Shown one piece after another: positions 22,449-35,680 of a stretch of 64,000 bases of DNA; position 1 is the stretch's first letter; each line of letters begins with the position of its first letter. Source of the stretch: Eledone cirrhosa (taxonomy: Eukaryota); NCBI GenBank assembly GCA_964016885.1, contig OZ024747.1, positions 37,820,001 to 37,884,000 on the forward strand. The letters are read 5' to 3'. Below the pieces are notes generated by a model that was not told where the DNA came from, searched no databases, and saw only the letters and a list, made by a program, of their open reading frames with translations. The position numbers were made by a program, and so were the translations under genes.

Positions 22449-24903
22449 TAACGAAGGAATTGTGGTAAGGAACCAGATGGACCATAACGCACCAAAGTAC
22501 TCAATACTTAGGGTAATAGAGTGGGTAATAGGAACCAGTATGATCCCCACGGCAGAGCCCAAGCCGTTTCAACGGCTATTTCTGGACTAAATAAACATTT
22601 TTAGCCTGGTAAATATATAGGCGAACTTCTCAGGGGGTATTTCCTCATATGGGAAGATAGTAATTGTCAAGTGGATTGGTCAAAAATTTGTTGTAAAGAC
22701 AGATAAATTATTCCTACTATTTAAACTCACCGAAATGTTTCCTACATTCGGCGGTGGATTGTACCGCGATGATGAGCTCCTCATCCTCAAAGGGTACAAC
22801 CCAGTAGTACAGACCGGGTCCGTAAACAACTAATCAGCTTCTTCCGGGACTGGGGATTTAAAATAATCCTACAAACGTCCCTAACCCGAGTAATCTTCCT
22901 GGACGTTACCTTTAACCTCGATAATGATCTGTACTACTCATACAGGAAACCAAACGACAACCTGCATTACATCCACCGCCGCTCGAACCATCCTAGAAAC
23001 ATCACCAATAACCTGGTTAAAAACATCTCCCTCCGCATATCTCGTTTGTCCGCTAATGAGCAGATATTCGACGAACATGCGCCTTATTACAACCAGGCCC
23101 TCTAGCGGAGTGACTTCCGGGAGGAAATATTCTATTATCCAGCTTCCATTAGCGGAACCAGCAGGCGAGACTGTCGCTCACGCAACGTGACGTGGTTCAA
23201 TCCTCCCCACAATGCCGAAGTGACAACACCTATCGGGAAAATCTTCTTTAGGCTCCTCGAAAAACACTTCCCACTACAACAACGCTACCACAACATAATC
23301 AACAAAAACAGCATCAAAATCTCCTACAGCACCACACTTAACTTCGCACAAAACTTCGTCTCCTCTAACAACAAAAAACTCAACCCCTATGGAAGAAATA
23401 ACCTAGATACCAGTGGAGAGCCGACCAGGAGGTGTAACTGTCCTGATAGATCCATGTTCCCCCTCAACAACAGATGCTGAGATCGTAATGTGATCTACCA
23501 GTCAACGTGAGGACGGACACCTCCAACAAAGCTTATATAGGATTAACCGCTTGTGACTTCAAGACCCGGCTCTACCAACACGTACATACTTTCCGAAACC
23601 CCACCCGGTGACATGCCACTACACTTTCGGGTCACATCTGGGACCTCAAAGATAATAATATAACCTACAATCTCATTTGGAGCTTACTGTCCAGAGCTAA
23701 CTCTTACACGAGAGGACGCCGTCCGTAATTTATGCTCGGAGGAAACATTACAAATACTGTTTTCGAAGGACCAACTCCTAAACAAGAAAGACGAACTGGT
23801 AACCGCATGCAAACACAGATTACGTATGACTTACCTCGCCCTCAAACCCCATAATGACCCGGAGGGGGGTAGACAAGGGCTGATACCGCCCACTTGCCGA
23901 TTTTGTAAGTGGTAAGCCCTTTTTTATCTTTTCCTCTATGTTTCCTTCTTCCCCCCCCCATTTCTTCCTAGTCCTTCCACCCCAGATCTCCTTCCTCGTC
24001 TTTTTTTTTACCTTTTGCCTACCCCGATGCAGCCCATCGGTCCTCTGTAGCCTCAGTACCCCCTGCCCCCTAATTTTAAGATATAATTGGCCGATTACGC
24101 TTTTTATAGCAGATGTGTTAGACCCCAGTAAATTCTTTTTTTTTTCTGGTTGCTGCTCCATTTCTATGGTTTCTAAATTTCTTAGTGGTATTTTTGTATT
24201 AGTATTTTTGTATTAGTATTTTGGTATTATTATTTTTGTATTAATATTTTGTATTAGTATTTTTGTAGTAGTATTTTAGTATTTTTGTTCTCAACTTATT
24301 AACCTGTCATTGTAAGATGGCTAATTACTCACTATCTATAGCAGCGGTGTTAGACCCCATGTAAAGCAGGCTTTATACAATTCTTTCACTACAATCTCGT
24401 ATTTAGTATTTTTCCCATTCTCCACCTATTAAATTTTTCTATAGCTTAGCAATACCAATGAGAAATTTGGTGATTGTAGAAATGGAGTAGTAACCAGAAA
24501 TTGTTTTTATATATTTATTTCCTTATTTTTATAATGTTTTTTTTACTCCCTTTTGATTTACCTATTCTTTCAACCCCCTCCAGTACACTTTTTTGACCTT
24601 TTATACACTATCCTTAGAATCTGCTGTATATATTTCATTTTCAACGCTTTACTGGGTTTCCCCCACTCCATCTTTGTTCTACCGGCAAGTTCAGCCACCC
24701 CTACCTCCCACCAAATGCCATGATAGATTTATCTGTTTTTACAACACATTTTTGACCAATCCCCTTGACAATTATTATCTTCCCATATAAGAAAATACCC
24801 CCTGAGAAGTTCGGCTATATTTACCAGGCTAAAAATTGTTATTTAGTCCAGAAATTGCCGTCGAAACGGCTTGAGCTCTGCCGTCTGGGTCATACTTGTT
24901 CCT
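22449..24903 (+). mobile_element. 5'-truncated Nematis-like PLE with inverted pseudo-LTR
   Basis: GGGLYRDD, TWFNPP, CNCPD and AYIGLTACDFKTR on the + strand. 22528-22700 is an inverted copy of 24735-24903. (TA)n lies on both sides. Confidence 0.9.
24797..24890 (+). ncRNA. HHR variant with CUGAGAA core and a 5-bp stem III
   Basis: ACCCC-CUGAGAA-G..CGGC...GCCG.C-GAAACGGC-UUGAGCUCU-GCCGUC-(U/G)GGGU; homologs at 22543-22638 (-), 46174-46269 (+) and a partial copy at 48620-48650. Confidence 0.7.
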
Positions 24904-25922
24904 ATATATATATATTCCTCGGTCCGATTTGACGAAAGTCGATCGACAAATTTTTATATTAATATTAGAAGAAAAAGAAATTCTGACTTCCTTTCATGAG
25001 AGAAATTAAAAGCCGAATTTGAAAAGTCATAGCGTTACAGGCAACCACGCGTTGATCTCTTACATTGCAGACTTTGTCGCCGTATTTATTAATTTCCGAT
25101 TAGTACCAGAATCAGTAGCTTTGGACTAAATATTTTGTGGCCTTTAGTAATGTAAATTGGTTAAAATACTGCCAAGGACAACCGTTTCATTCGATAAAGT
25201 AAATACTAAGGTCATTAAAGTAACCTACCCTTCAATATTTACTGCAGGAGAGCGAATAATGTCTATTCATTCAGTATTTAAGAAATAAGGCGACGAACGT
25301 GAGATAGAATGCTTTGCAGTATTCGCACTGGCTCTAAAAGTTCAAAACCCGCCGAGCTCAACTTTGCCTTTCTTCCTTTCGAGGTCGATAAGAAAAGTAC
25401 CAGTATAGTCCTGGGGTTGAATCTTCCATTATATCCCTTTCTCACTTCTATCCCTTTCTAAAGAAATCTAATGTGTTCAGACCTGAAGAGGGATTGGTTC
25501 CACCAGGCTTAAAACGCCCAGAAACAGTGTATGTCATCACAATGCCCTTACCACCCTCTCAAGAACTACTGAATTATCAAATCACATGTATAATTTCAGG
25601 GAAAGAATGGCGACGTGTGAGAGTTTGACAAGTAATAGAGTATCAGATAAAATGCTATTGCTCAACTTTACTTTTATCCTTCTTGGCTCGACAAAATAAA
25701 GTAGCAGTCGAGTACCTAGGTGGATTTAATCTACTTTGCCCTTCTCACAAATTTGCTGGCCTTGTGCTTAAATTAGAATTCAATAACCCACTGGTGAAAC
25801 TATTGTGGTAATTGAACGTAGAACCTGGAATTAGACAACTTGATATAATAAAGCTACTTGCACAGTATTTTGCTATCTAGGCCATATCTATATAAGTTAT
25901 CTAAATATTTATAGTTATCATA

Positions 25923-26009
<87 letters not shown>

Positions 26010-26177
26010 TATATAACGTACATACATACACACGAGCGCACGCACACACGTGTGTATGTATATATATAATAAAAAAATACACATACATATATATGCATTT
26101 ATACATGTAGATACTTATATATACCTATGTACATATGCACACACACACACACACACACATACTCACACACACACATA

Positions 26178-26286
<109 letters not shown>

Positions 26287-26828
26287 GTATATATACATGC
26301 ATATATATTTATATTTTGTATGGGAATCGAAGTGTAAGTTCAGAAAATCAACATAATGTACATTAAACTATGAGGAGAAATGTATCTTAGATCTTTTGTC
26401 TTCATTCCTTGGTAAAATCGAATAGGAAATACCATGCTTATCATGAATTTATAAAGAATTGGTAACCATGGACTATTAGAATATTGATATTCTTGAAACA
26501 TAAATATGGAAAACACACAGTCAATATTTGATACAAGCTAAGCGTAAATATATAGGAAAATCGATCTAATAACGTTTGCTGAAAGCACATTTTATGTATA
26601 AATGCGCATGAGCGTGGGCTGAGAACCCCTCTCCCCCACAGATACACACACAAGCAAAGAAATAAATAAAATATAAAACACAAACACATATATATACAGC
26701 CGAGGATCGCAAGAATGAATGGAATGGTGGTCAACATGCTTTTCCATATTCAGCTACATTCTGTTACATTCTGAGTTCAAATACCACTGAAGTTATCTTT
26801 ACAATTCGTCTTTCTTTGTCCGATAAAA

Positions 26829-26960
26829 TAATTGTTTCTACATTTGGCACACGGCCAGCAATTACCCAGTGAATTACTGGTACTTTATTTTATCGACCCC
26901 GTAAGGATGAAAGGCAAAGTTGACCTCGGCGGGATTTGAACTCAGATCATAAAGGGAGGT
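26829..26960 (-). mobile_element. tRNA-derived SINE, 5'-truncated
   Basis: Reverse complement of the SINE core and 3' end. Confidence 0.85.
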
Positions 26961-27779
26961 ATGTACAAGTAATGGAACACGACATGTAGCGACTTGTTTT
27001 CCGCCACAAACCTTGTCGCTTCAGCCACAAACTCGGGCTCCACTGTTCGCAATGCCAAAGAGAGGAAGATATTTAAATAGCAGGGCCTGACCGACTGCTT
27101 CCTCTTTGCACCGGTCTCCGTTGAGACCTCTGGCGTCCTTGGTCCCTGCGCTGCTGATTACCTCTATAAAATGTGGAAGACGGCGGCTCCTTGAGGAGGG
27201 AGCCTCTTGAGGAGATGGAGTGATAGTTGCAGCGGGTATCTGACAATTCTCCGTGGTAATGTCTTTGCCATTTTGTCCGTGAGGCGCGGCTAAAGCATCA
27301 CTCAGAACAAGGTGTAGTATCTGTCCCTCTCCCGCCCCCCTCCTTTCATTACTTGATCCTTTTCTCGTTTCTTTTTTATTGTTATTAAATACTGCTCAAT
27401 AGTTTTCATGTAATCATACCCTAGAAATAAAAGTTTATTTACTATAAAAAAAAAGTACCGGGGTTGATATAATCGGCTGTATGGGTAAAATATATACTTT
27501 TGCATGATCTTGGCTCAGTTTACGAAGCCAGTAGAAGGTGAAGAAAATAAACCGGCTAAAAAAAAAACACGTACCGAAATGTACCTATATATATATGTAT
27601 ATGTATGCATGCAACACACACATACACACACGCACATTCACGCGCACGCACACACACGCGCACATACACACGCACACTCGCGCCCACACAGGCACACGCA
27701 CATACAATCTAATATACATAGCACATCTTTAGACACACAGACGGATGCACTCACCGGTAATATATAAATTTGTGATAAA

Positions 27780-28000
27780 AGTTTCGTTTATATTGTTAGA
27801 CGTTGGGAGGGTCAAACTGCCAATAAAATCACTCGCACCAAATGAATTTCAATTCAATTTATAATTTCCCGTCGGTTGGTTTAGTAACCGGATGGTTCAT
27901 TAGTCGTTGATTGTCAAAGCTCTTTTGTCACACATTCTGTGACCTCTTCAGTGACTACGTTTGTTACTTTGTGTCTGCTTTTTGTTCTGCTTTACTCCAT
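27780..28000 (-). mobile_element. Diverged solo 3' fragment of the Naiad-like PLE family
   Basis: The reverse complement resembles 52310-52528; HHR at 27913-27956 with GAAA changed to AAAA. Confidence 0.75.
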
Positions 28001-28093
28001 CTTGGAACACGCATACACACGCACACATATATACCTACACACACATACAAACTCATACACACACACACATATATACATACACACACATACACA

Positions 28094-28189
<96 letters not shown>

Positions 28190-28289
28190 ATTATTTATTC
28201 AATTTATTACGGTCTTATGGTGATTTCAGTCATGAACTGAAACCATGTTTGGGCACTGTGTCTGTGTGCATTTGAGAGAGAGAGAGAGA

Positions 28290-28369
<80 letters not shown>

Positions 28370-29263
28370 AAGCAATGTCTGCCATTAAAGGCCAGCTGCA
28401 ATGAAAATTGTCATATGAACGTCTTGGGGGCTTATGAAATTAATGCTTGTTCCGTACTCCTTTTCTCACTTTCTTCATATCTCTCACCTCTCTCTCTCTC
28501 ACACACGCATATATATACACATACATAAATACCCACACATGTATACACACACTCAAATGCACATGCACTCACACACACACGTATACACACGCATAATTAT
28601 ACTTGTATCTTATGAAACCCAAACCAATATACATTGATGTTGGTGTATTACTGCGTTGACATAACATATTGATATACATACATATAAATCCACTTCTCTC
28701 TCTTTTGTATGAAATGTTATCTACTAATGCTCGGTTGGTGGACTCAGTTCCTTGTTTAGTGCTAGTATTTAATCTGAATCTCAAATGGAACTTCTAAAAA
28801 GACAAAAAAGCAAGAGAGAGAGAGAACGTGATCGAGAGAAAGAGAGAGTGTGTGTTTGAGAGAGCGTAATGTGAAATAAAAACGTTAAAACAGCATAAAA
28901 TTCAACGTTTTCCAGTGAGATTTCTAAATCAAGAACATTTTGATAAATGTTAATAGTTGCTCTGCTGGTGGCGAGTGACAACAAAAGTGAGTTAAACTTC
29001 TGCTGGGTAAATACGCGATTTGCTTACGATTTTAAGCTGAAAGCTATTTTACTTCATTTACGTTGCTAATGATCTTGGGAAAGTAACACTCACAAATCTT
29101 TATTCGTTACTTGTGGACTGTAGATCTTTGTGCGTAGTGAATGGAAGCATCCCCATTTGTTGCTCTATATGTGGTAAGCACTGTGACGGAAAAGCATAGT
29201 TTCCGGCTCTTCAAGTTCTACTATCAGGATTCCGTATTTAGCTGAATATATTTTATATAACAA

Positions 29264-29382
29264 CTAGCAGAAAAACCGCCCTCAGGCGGTTTTCTGCTAG
29301 CATATGTAGTGTGCATATTGTTATTATACGCAAATATATATGCATATAGATATATGTAAATGGAAAAGTAAATTGACAATAT
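29264..29382 (-). mobile_element. 3' end of a non-autonomous Helitron-like element
   Basis: Homologous to 31010-31130; ends in the palindrome CTAGCAGAAAAACCGCC-CTCA-GGCGGTTTTCTGCTAG. Confidence 0.65.
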
Positions 29383-30040
29383 CTTCTTCTTCACCCACTT
29401 ATTTCTGAGAGGGTCGTGGGGGCAGAGTCCTTCTCAAACCTTCCTTCCAGCGACTCTGTCAGTAGCAAACATCTCTAACTGATCAAGCTGGATGCCAAAG
29501 CGTGACCAGCCAAGCTCATGGATGTTATCCAACTACCTTGCTGAGGGTCTACCTCTGGGTCTCTTGACAGTTAGTTTTGCCTGTAAAATGTGTCCAGAGA
29601 TTCTTTACTGAGACATTCTAACCACATGCTCATAATATCGGATCTCTCAATTCGGAGAAGTAGCAGCTCTACCAGGAGTTAATCTCTGGGCTCTGAGTTT
29701 TGCATTTTATCGAGTAACGTTACTCCTGAGATCCTTCGGAGGAATCTCATTTCTGCCACTTTTATTTGTAATTGTATTCTTTTGGTCATTACTCAAGATT
29801 CATGATCCTCGGTAAGAGTTGGCAGGAATACCAGGAAGACAGCGAGTTTGGCTTTTACACCTACCCCCCTTCATCTGATTGCTGAATGCTGAGGCTGGCG
29901 CTTTACTGCATCAGCTTTTGCAATTCTTACACTTAATTCAGCCTCCTGCATTCCATCACCCGTGAACACGGCTTCAAGATACTTGAACCTCTCTAACTGC
30001 TTCAGTAGAACTCCATTCACATGTATATAAATTTGAGGGA
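29383..30040 (-). mobile_element. RTE-clade LINE 3' fragment (pseudogenised)
   Basis: LKQLERFKYL.AVFT.DG..E.SVRIAKA, AEMRFLRRISGVTLLD and RPRGRP; (GAA)n tail at ~29383-29391. Confidence 0.8.
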
Positions 30041-30606
30041 CTTCTGTCCACCCGTCCATCACGCAATGTGTATGTGTGTTTGCCTTACCTGGGACGTCAG
30101 AGTTAGTGACTCTTCTGCTTCTTCCCACATGCAGCGGTAAGGGCGAGAGCTACAGCATCCGCAGCTGAACGAAACAAAATCCTAAAATATCGTGTTACAT
30201 TATCCAGCCTGTAGCGTTCGAGACGTTTGGGGGAGTCGGGCTACTGACAGCGAGGTTTTTATCTTCACTGACGGCTCGCCAAACAGGTAACTGGTGATGC
30301 TCGTGAGGGCACTTGGTTGTTCCAGCACCTCAGCGTCGCCATCACCCCAGGTAACGCTGCGAGCGTGTTGGCCTGCCTGAAAAATTATTACAGAGTGTAA
30401 TATAGCTCCTCACTAATATAGCTCCTCGCTATATTGCTATCTTTTGCTCTGGTAGCGGCTAGTTTTTCCACCCCTTTAGTCCGCATTTTCTTCTATGGGG
30501 TCTAACATGTGGGTATTACGTGCTTGTGTACTTTTTCTCTTTCTTTTTTTTCCTTTTCCTTTCCTTTGTATATATTATATTTGTTAGTGTTTTCGTTCTG
30601 TAACCA

Positions 30607-31130
30607 TCTAAACTATAATAAAGGAAGGTCTGCGGGACTGCGTACGGTTTATTTTTTTTTTTATCCCGTTAATAAAATAAGTTGGATTACTTTGAATAAA
30701 TAATGAATGAATATTAAATAATTTATCGACTGAATTTCGTAAACAAAAATAATTTCGTAAAAATAAATAACTTCTTTTCAAAGTTGCACTTCCGGTATAT
30801 CGTTGCCACCACCACCACCATCACTTCAACTACCATATATATAGAAAGAGAGAGTGTGTGATGTCAAGACTTCCGGTGGCAATCACTTAAATAAACATAC
30901 TAATTTTCTGTCACTAATTTTCTCCTAATGCAGTTTGTATATAATATCGTCTTTTTTAAACTGATTACATAAGACAGTGTAACAATGCCTTCGTTCAATT
31001 TCTGTTTATATTGTCAATTACGATTTTATTTGATGTATCATATCTACATGTAAATATACATGCGTATAATATCAATATACACACTACACATGCTAGCAGA
31101 AAACCACCCGAACGGTGGTTTTTCTGCTAG
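30607..31130 (+). mobile_element. Non-autonomous Helitron-like element (~525 bp)
   Basis: Starts A^TCTAAACTATAATAAAG and ends with a hairpin plus CTAG^T (insertion between A and T); no TSD seen. Confidence 0.7.
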
Positions 31131-31249
31131 TTATATTAAATGAGTTTTAAAAAAAGAGTTAATAAATAAATAAAGAGTTAATAAATAAATAAAACGTTAT
31201 ACTTGTTTTACCCTCCCATTTCCAATTAAACCGAACGCTATCATGACTG

Positions 31250-32210
31250 TATGTGTGTTTGTGTAAATGTATATGTGTGAATGTATGTATGTTTGTGTAT
31301 ATGTATGAATGTATGTATGTTTGTGTGAAAGTATGTGAGAAGGTATGTACGTTCGTGTGAAAGTTTGTGTGAATGTATGTATGTTTGTGTGAAAGTATGT
31401 GAGAATGTATGTATATTTGTGTGAAAGTATTGTGAATGTATGTATGTTTGTGTGAAAGTATGTGTGAATGTATGTATGTTTCTGTGAATGTATGTGAGAA
31501 TATATGTATATTTGTGTGACAGTATATGTGAAAGTATCTGTTTGTGTGAAAGTGTGTGTGAATGTATGTATGTTTGTGTGAAAGTATGTGTGAATGTATG
31601 TATGTTTGTGTGAAAGTGTGTGTGAATGTATGTATGTTTGTGTGAAAGTATGTGTGAATGTATGTATGTTTGTGTGAAAGTATGTGTGAATGTATGTATG
31701 TTTGTGTGAAAGTATGTGAGAATGTATGTATATTTGTGTGAAAGTATGTGTGAATGTATGTATGTTTGTGTGAAAGTATGTGTGAATGTATGTATGTTTG
31801 TGTGAAAGTTTGTGTGAATGTATGTATGTTTGTATAAAAGTTTGTGTGAATGTATGTATGTTTGTGTGAAAGTTTGTGTGAATGTATGTATGTTTGTGTG
31901 AAAGTATGTGTGAAAGTATGTATGTTTGTATAAAAGTTTGTGTGAATGTATGTATGTTTGTGTGAAAGTTTGTGTGAATGTATGTATGTTTGTGTGAAAG
32001 TATGTGTGAAAGTATGTATGTTTGTGTGAAAGTATGTGTGAAAGTATCTATGTTTGTGTGAAAGTATGTGTGAAAGTATGTATGTTTGTGTGAAAGTATG
32101 TGTGAATGTATGTATGTTTGTGTGAAAGTATGTGTGAATGTATGTATGTTTGTGTGAAAGTATGTGTGAATGTATGTATGTTTGTGTGAAAGTATGTGTA
32201 TTTGTGTGAA
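31250..32210. repeat. 32-bp minisatellite (GTATGTATGTTTGTGTGAAAGTATGTGTGAAT)n
   Basis: Directly visible tandem unit. Confidence 0.95.
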
Positions 32211-32324
32211 TTATGTCCGTGAGAGTGTATTTTTATAAGTTTGTGTTTGCGCGATTATAGTTATAGTTTAGATATACTCATACTTATAGATGTCAGCGTG
32301 TAGAAAGTCATAATCTCTCTATCT

Positions 32325-32771
32325 CTTTCATCACACACTCTCTCTTTCTATATATATATGGTAGTTGATGATATACCGGAAGTGCAACTTTGAAAAGAAG
32401 CCAATTTTAAATTATTTATTTTTACGAAATTATTTTTGTTTACGAAATTGAGTAGATAAATTATGTAATATTCCTTCATTATTTATTCAAAAGGCGGTGA
32501 ATTGGCAGTATCGGTAGAGGGTCGGACGCCATGCTTTTCAGCATAGAGTTACGGCCCTTGCTATTCTGAGTTCAAATCCCGCCGAGGTTAACTTTGCCTT
32601 TCATCCTTACGGGGTCGATACAATAAAGTACCAGTAACACTGGGATTATTGTTGGCCTTGTGCCTAAAGTAGAAACAATTATTTATTCAAAGTATTCCAA
32701 CTTATTTTACCAACAGGATAAAAATAAAAAAATGTACGCAATCCCGCAGACCTTCTTTATTATAGTTTAGA
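32325..32771 (-). mobile_element. 5' part of the same Helitron-like family, interrupted by a SINE
   Basis: Reverse complement of 30607-30863; SINE inserted at 32492-32677. Confidence 0.75.
32492..32677 (+). mobile_element. Full-length tRNA-derived SINE with a 14-bp TSD
   Basis: ATTATTTATTCAAA at 32478-32491 and 32678-32691; A and B boxes intact. Confidence 0.92.
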
Positions 32772-32848
32772 TTGTACATACTGTCTTTTGGAAAATAATT
32801 AATGACAATATTCCTGCATTTGTTGCTATTAACGTATACATTTGTATG

Positions 32849-33060
32849 TACGAGGGTCGGTTGAAACGTTTACATGCAAAATATTTCATAAGCTGACCCA
32901 AATATTCTCATGGAATGACCGAATGAGGTTTATTTTTCAAAGTAGTCGGTGGACAGAAACAATGCAGTTATTAAAGATTTGGAATTAATACATGCAAGAT
33001 TGCACATCCATAGTATCAATCCTTTAGAGTCAGCCTATGAACTTTTCAGTCAGCCCTCCT
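32849..33060. mobile_element. Tc1/mariner-type MITE
   Basis: Imperfect TIRs (TA)CGAGGGTCGGTTGAAA..TTCATAAGCTGAC / GTCAGCCTATGAACTTTTCAGTCAGCCCTC; second copy at 57620-58037. Confidence 0.7.
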
Positions 33061-33174
33061 TTGTATAAATTCGTAACTACTGATGGAATCTCACATGGGT
33101 ATTTTAAACTTAGCTCACCAAGTCTGAATAGTGCTGATTTCTTCAGAGAAGGAGAGAGAGAGAGTGAGAGTGAG

Positions 33175-33238
<64 letters not shown>

Positions 33239-33289
33239 TCAACTCCAATATTAGACTTACTTTTTTAATGACATTGAAAAAAATGAAAA

Positions 33290-33712
33290 ACAAAGTTCAC
33301 CTTCTTGTATTTGTGATACAAACAGACACGAGGAAGCGCAGCAGAGACAGTAAAGGCGTCCAAAGTTAAGATATGGGAGGACTTTGGGGTTGAGCTGAAA
33401 TACGATTTCAGATCAGCAAATAAAGTGTTCTGGCAGACCACCCGCTGACTTCGTAATCCTCTTCCACACCTGCTTTCAGGACAGCGTTTGGGATTCTCCT
33501 CTCTCCAGAGAGGTGCATCCTCGCGAGGTGGGGAGGATACTTTGTTGATCTTCTAAACCTGATTACAACAGCATATTCTGATGTTCACGAGGTGCATCTG
33601 GGAGCGGTGACTAATAAATTTATAGGCTGATGTCACAAGAGCAGCTCAAATGTGGCAAGGCCGTTGGGGAAGATGAAACCCGGCCCGAAATGTTAAAAGC
33701 CTTAAATAGGTA
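33290..33712 (+). mobile_element. Decayed LINE (RTE-like) fragment, region upstream of RT
   Basis: Broken peptides ANKVFWQT and GKAVGEDETRPEMLKAL, resembling the KAxGxDxIxxEMLK motif at the start of RT. Confidence 0.6.
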
Positions 33713-33821
33713 TTCTCTATTTAGCAGAACAACCGAATTGCACTTGAAAGGTTTGATGCCGAGTGCTGCATGGCTAGAATGAAACTCAGTGCTGCGAAAA
33801 CTGAGACGCCCGTCCTCTCAA

Positions 33822-33928
33822 GGTAAGGAACCAGATGGACCATAACGCACCAGAGTACTCAATACTTAGGGTAGTAGAGTGGGTAATAGGAAAAAGAATG
33901 ACCCCATTGGGGTCATACTTTTTCCTAT
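33822..33928 (-). mobile_element. Minimal Nematis-like pLTR terminus with a tiny fold-back
   Basis: Matches 22465-22545; hairpin ATAGGAAAAAGAATGACCCCA-T-TGGGGTCATACTTTTTCCTAT, then (TA)n. Confidence 0.75.
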
Positions 33929-33964
33929 ATACATATATATATATATTGTATATATGTATGTATG

Positions 33965-33999
<35 letters not shown>

Positions 34000-34012
34000 G
34001 TATATATATATG

Positions 34013-34081
<69 letters not shown>

Positions 34082-34121
34082 CATGTATGTATATATATGT
34101 ATGTATATGTATATATATATG

Positions 34122-34333
<212 letters not shown>

Positions 34334-35227
34334 ACACACACATATATACATTAAATGAAAATTGATCCGCTGCATTACATAACTAAGACCATTTGCTCTT
34401 ATATACACACCCCCTACTTTACCAAAAGTACCAATTTCTACGAATTCTCTGTAAATGTTTGGTTTTATTACTTCACTATTTCACAGATATTGGTGCATTG
34501 CCAGATAACTACATATACAATCATTGCTATAGTAAAATACCCCATAAAGAAAATAAAAAAATGAAAGAAGAGAAAATAAACAAGGGAATGGATAGAGGAG
34601 GAAAATTATATTTCGGTCTTGGGTTGTCTCGAACGTTGTTATGAAATATATAAATATGTATAAACGGAAGAATATTATTTGCTGAGTGAAGGATATCAGA
34701 TAATTTTTTCAAACACAATGCATCATTCTCTCCTCATATTGAAAGAGTGACCACACAAAAAATAATAATCAATGCATTCATTGGAAAGAAGAACGCCATT
34801 AGATTTTATGTGATATTTAAAATTTATTCTGTTATTATTTTACCAAACTAAATTATTAGGCTGGTGCCAAGTTGTAGCATCACCAATAAGGCGTTTGTTC
34901 AATTAAATCGAACCCGGTTCTTTACTAAATGGTTAGGTCTATCAGAATTACTTTACTTTATGCATTTGAATATTACAAAGTATTTACATCGGTACACAGA
35001 CAGACACGGTCAGACAGTTAGAAAGTCACAGCCACGCAAACACAGACACGCACAGAAAACAGTGAATGCGACGAGTTTTGAACAATTTCCGTCTATGTAA
35101 TTTCACTTATAGTGCATTAGTCAAACAGTGGATAGACTTCGGTAGAAAACATCTCCCAAATCACGGTGCAAGTTGAACATTTTTTACCATACAATCATGT
35201 TAGTTATTATTATATTATCATTTAGTG

Positions 35228-35680
35228 TGGTAGATTGGTAGTGTCGGTAGAGCATCGGACAACATGCTTTTTTTTTAGCATATAGTTACGCCACTTTACG
35301 TTCTGCGTTCAAATACCGCCGAGGTTAGCGTTGTCTTTTATCCCTACGGGATCGATCAAAATAAATCAGCAGTAACGCACTACGATCGGTTCAATCGACT
35401 TTCCCATCTCCCAAAATTGTTGACCTCGAGTCTATATCAGAAACCATTATTATATTTTGATTTATAGCGTGGGATATTGGCAGAGTCGATGAAACGTTTG
35501 ACAAACTGCCTTCTGTTATTCGGTTACGGCCCTTTATTTTCTGAGTTCTAATCACTCTGCGATCAACTTTGACATACATATTTCCTGGGTCAATAAAATA
35601 AAGTACCAGTTAAGTACTGGGGTCGATATAATCGATTTACCCTTTCTCTCAAATTACTGGTCCTGTGCCAATGCTAGACA
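35228..35680 (+). mobile_element. Two adjacent diverged tRNA-derived SINEs
   Basis: Two degenerate head and core copies at ~35228-35450 and ~35470-35680. Confidence 0.75.

Noticed and set aside
25479-25540. CUGAAGA...GAAAC..GUA HHR-like string
   Set aside because: Stem I is out of register, and related repeat copies (~16570, ~58790) lack the core.
26965-27300. GC-rich patch possibly from a decayed LINE RT
   Set aside because: Only a weak resemblance to an RT motif; not enough to call.
31250-32210. Regular ~32-bp repeats suggesting a CRISPR array
   Set aside because: Head-to-tail units with no unique spacers, no cas genes and a eukaryotic context.
32492-32590. tRNA gene-like A/B boxes
   Set aside because: No cloverleaf; this is the head of a multi-copy SINE with TSDs.
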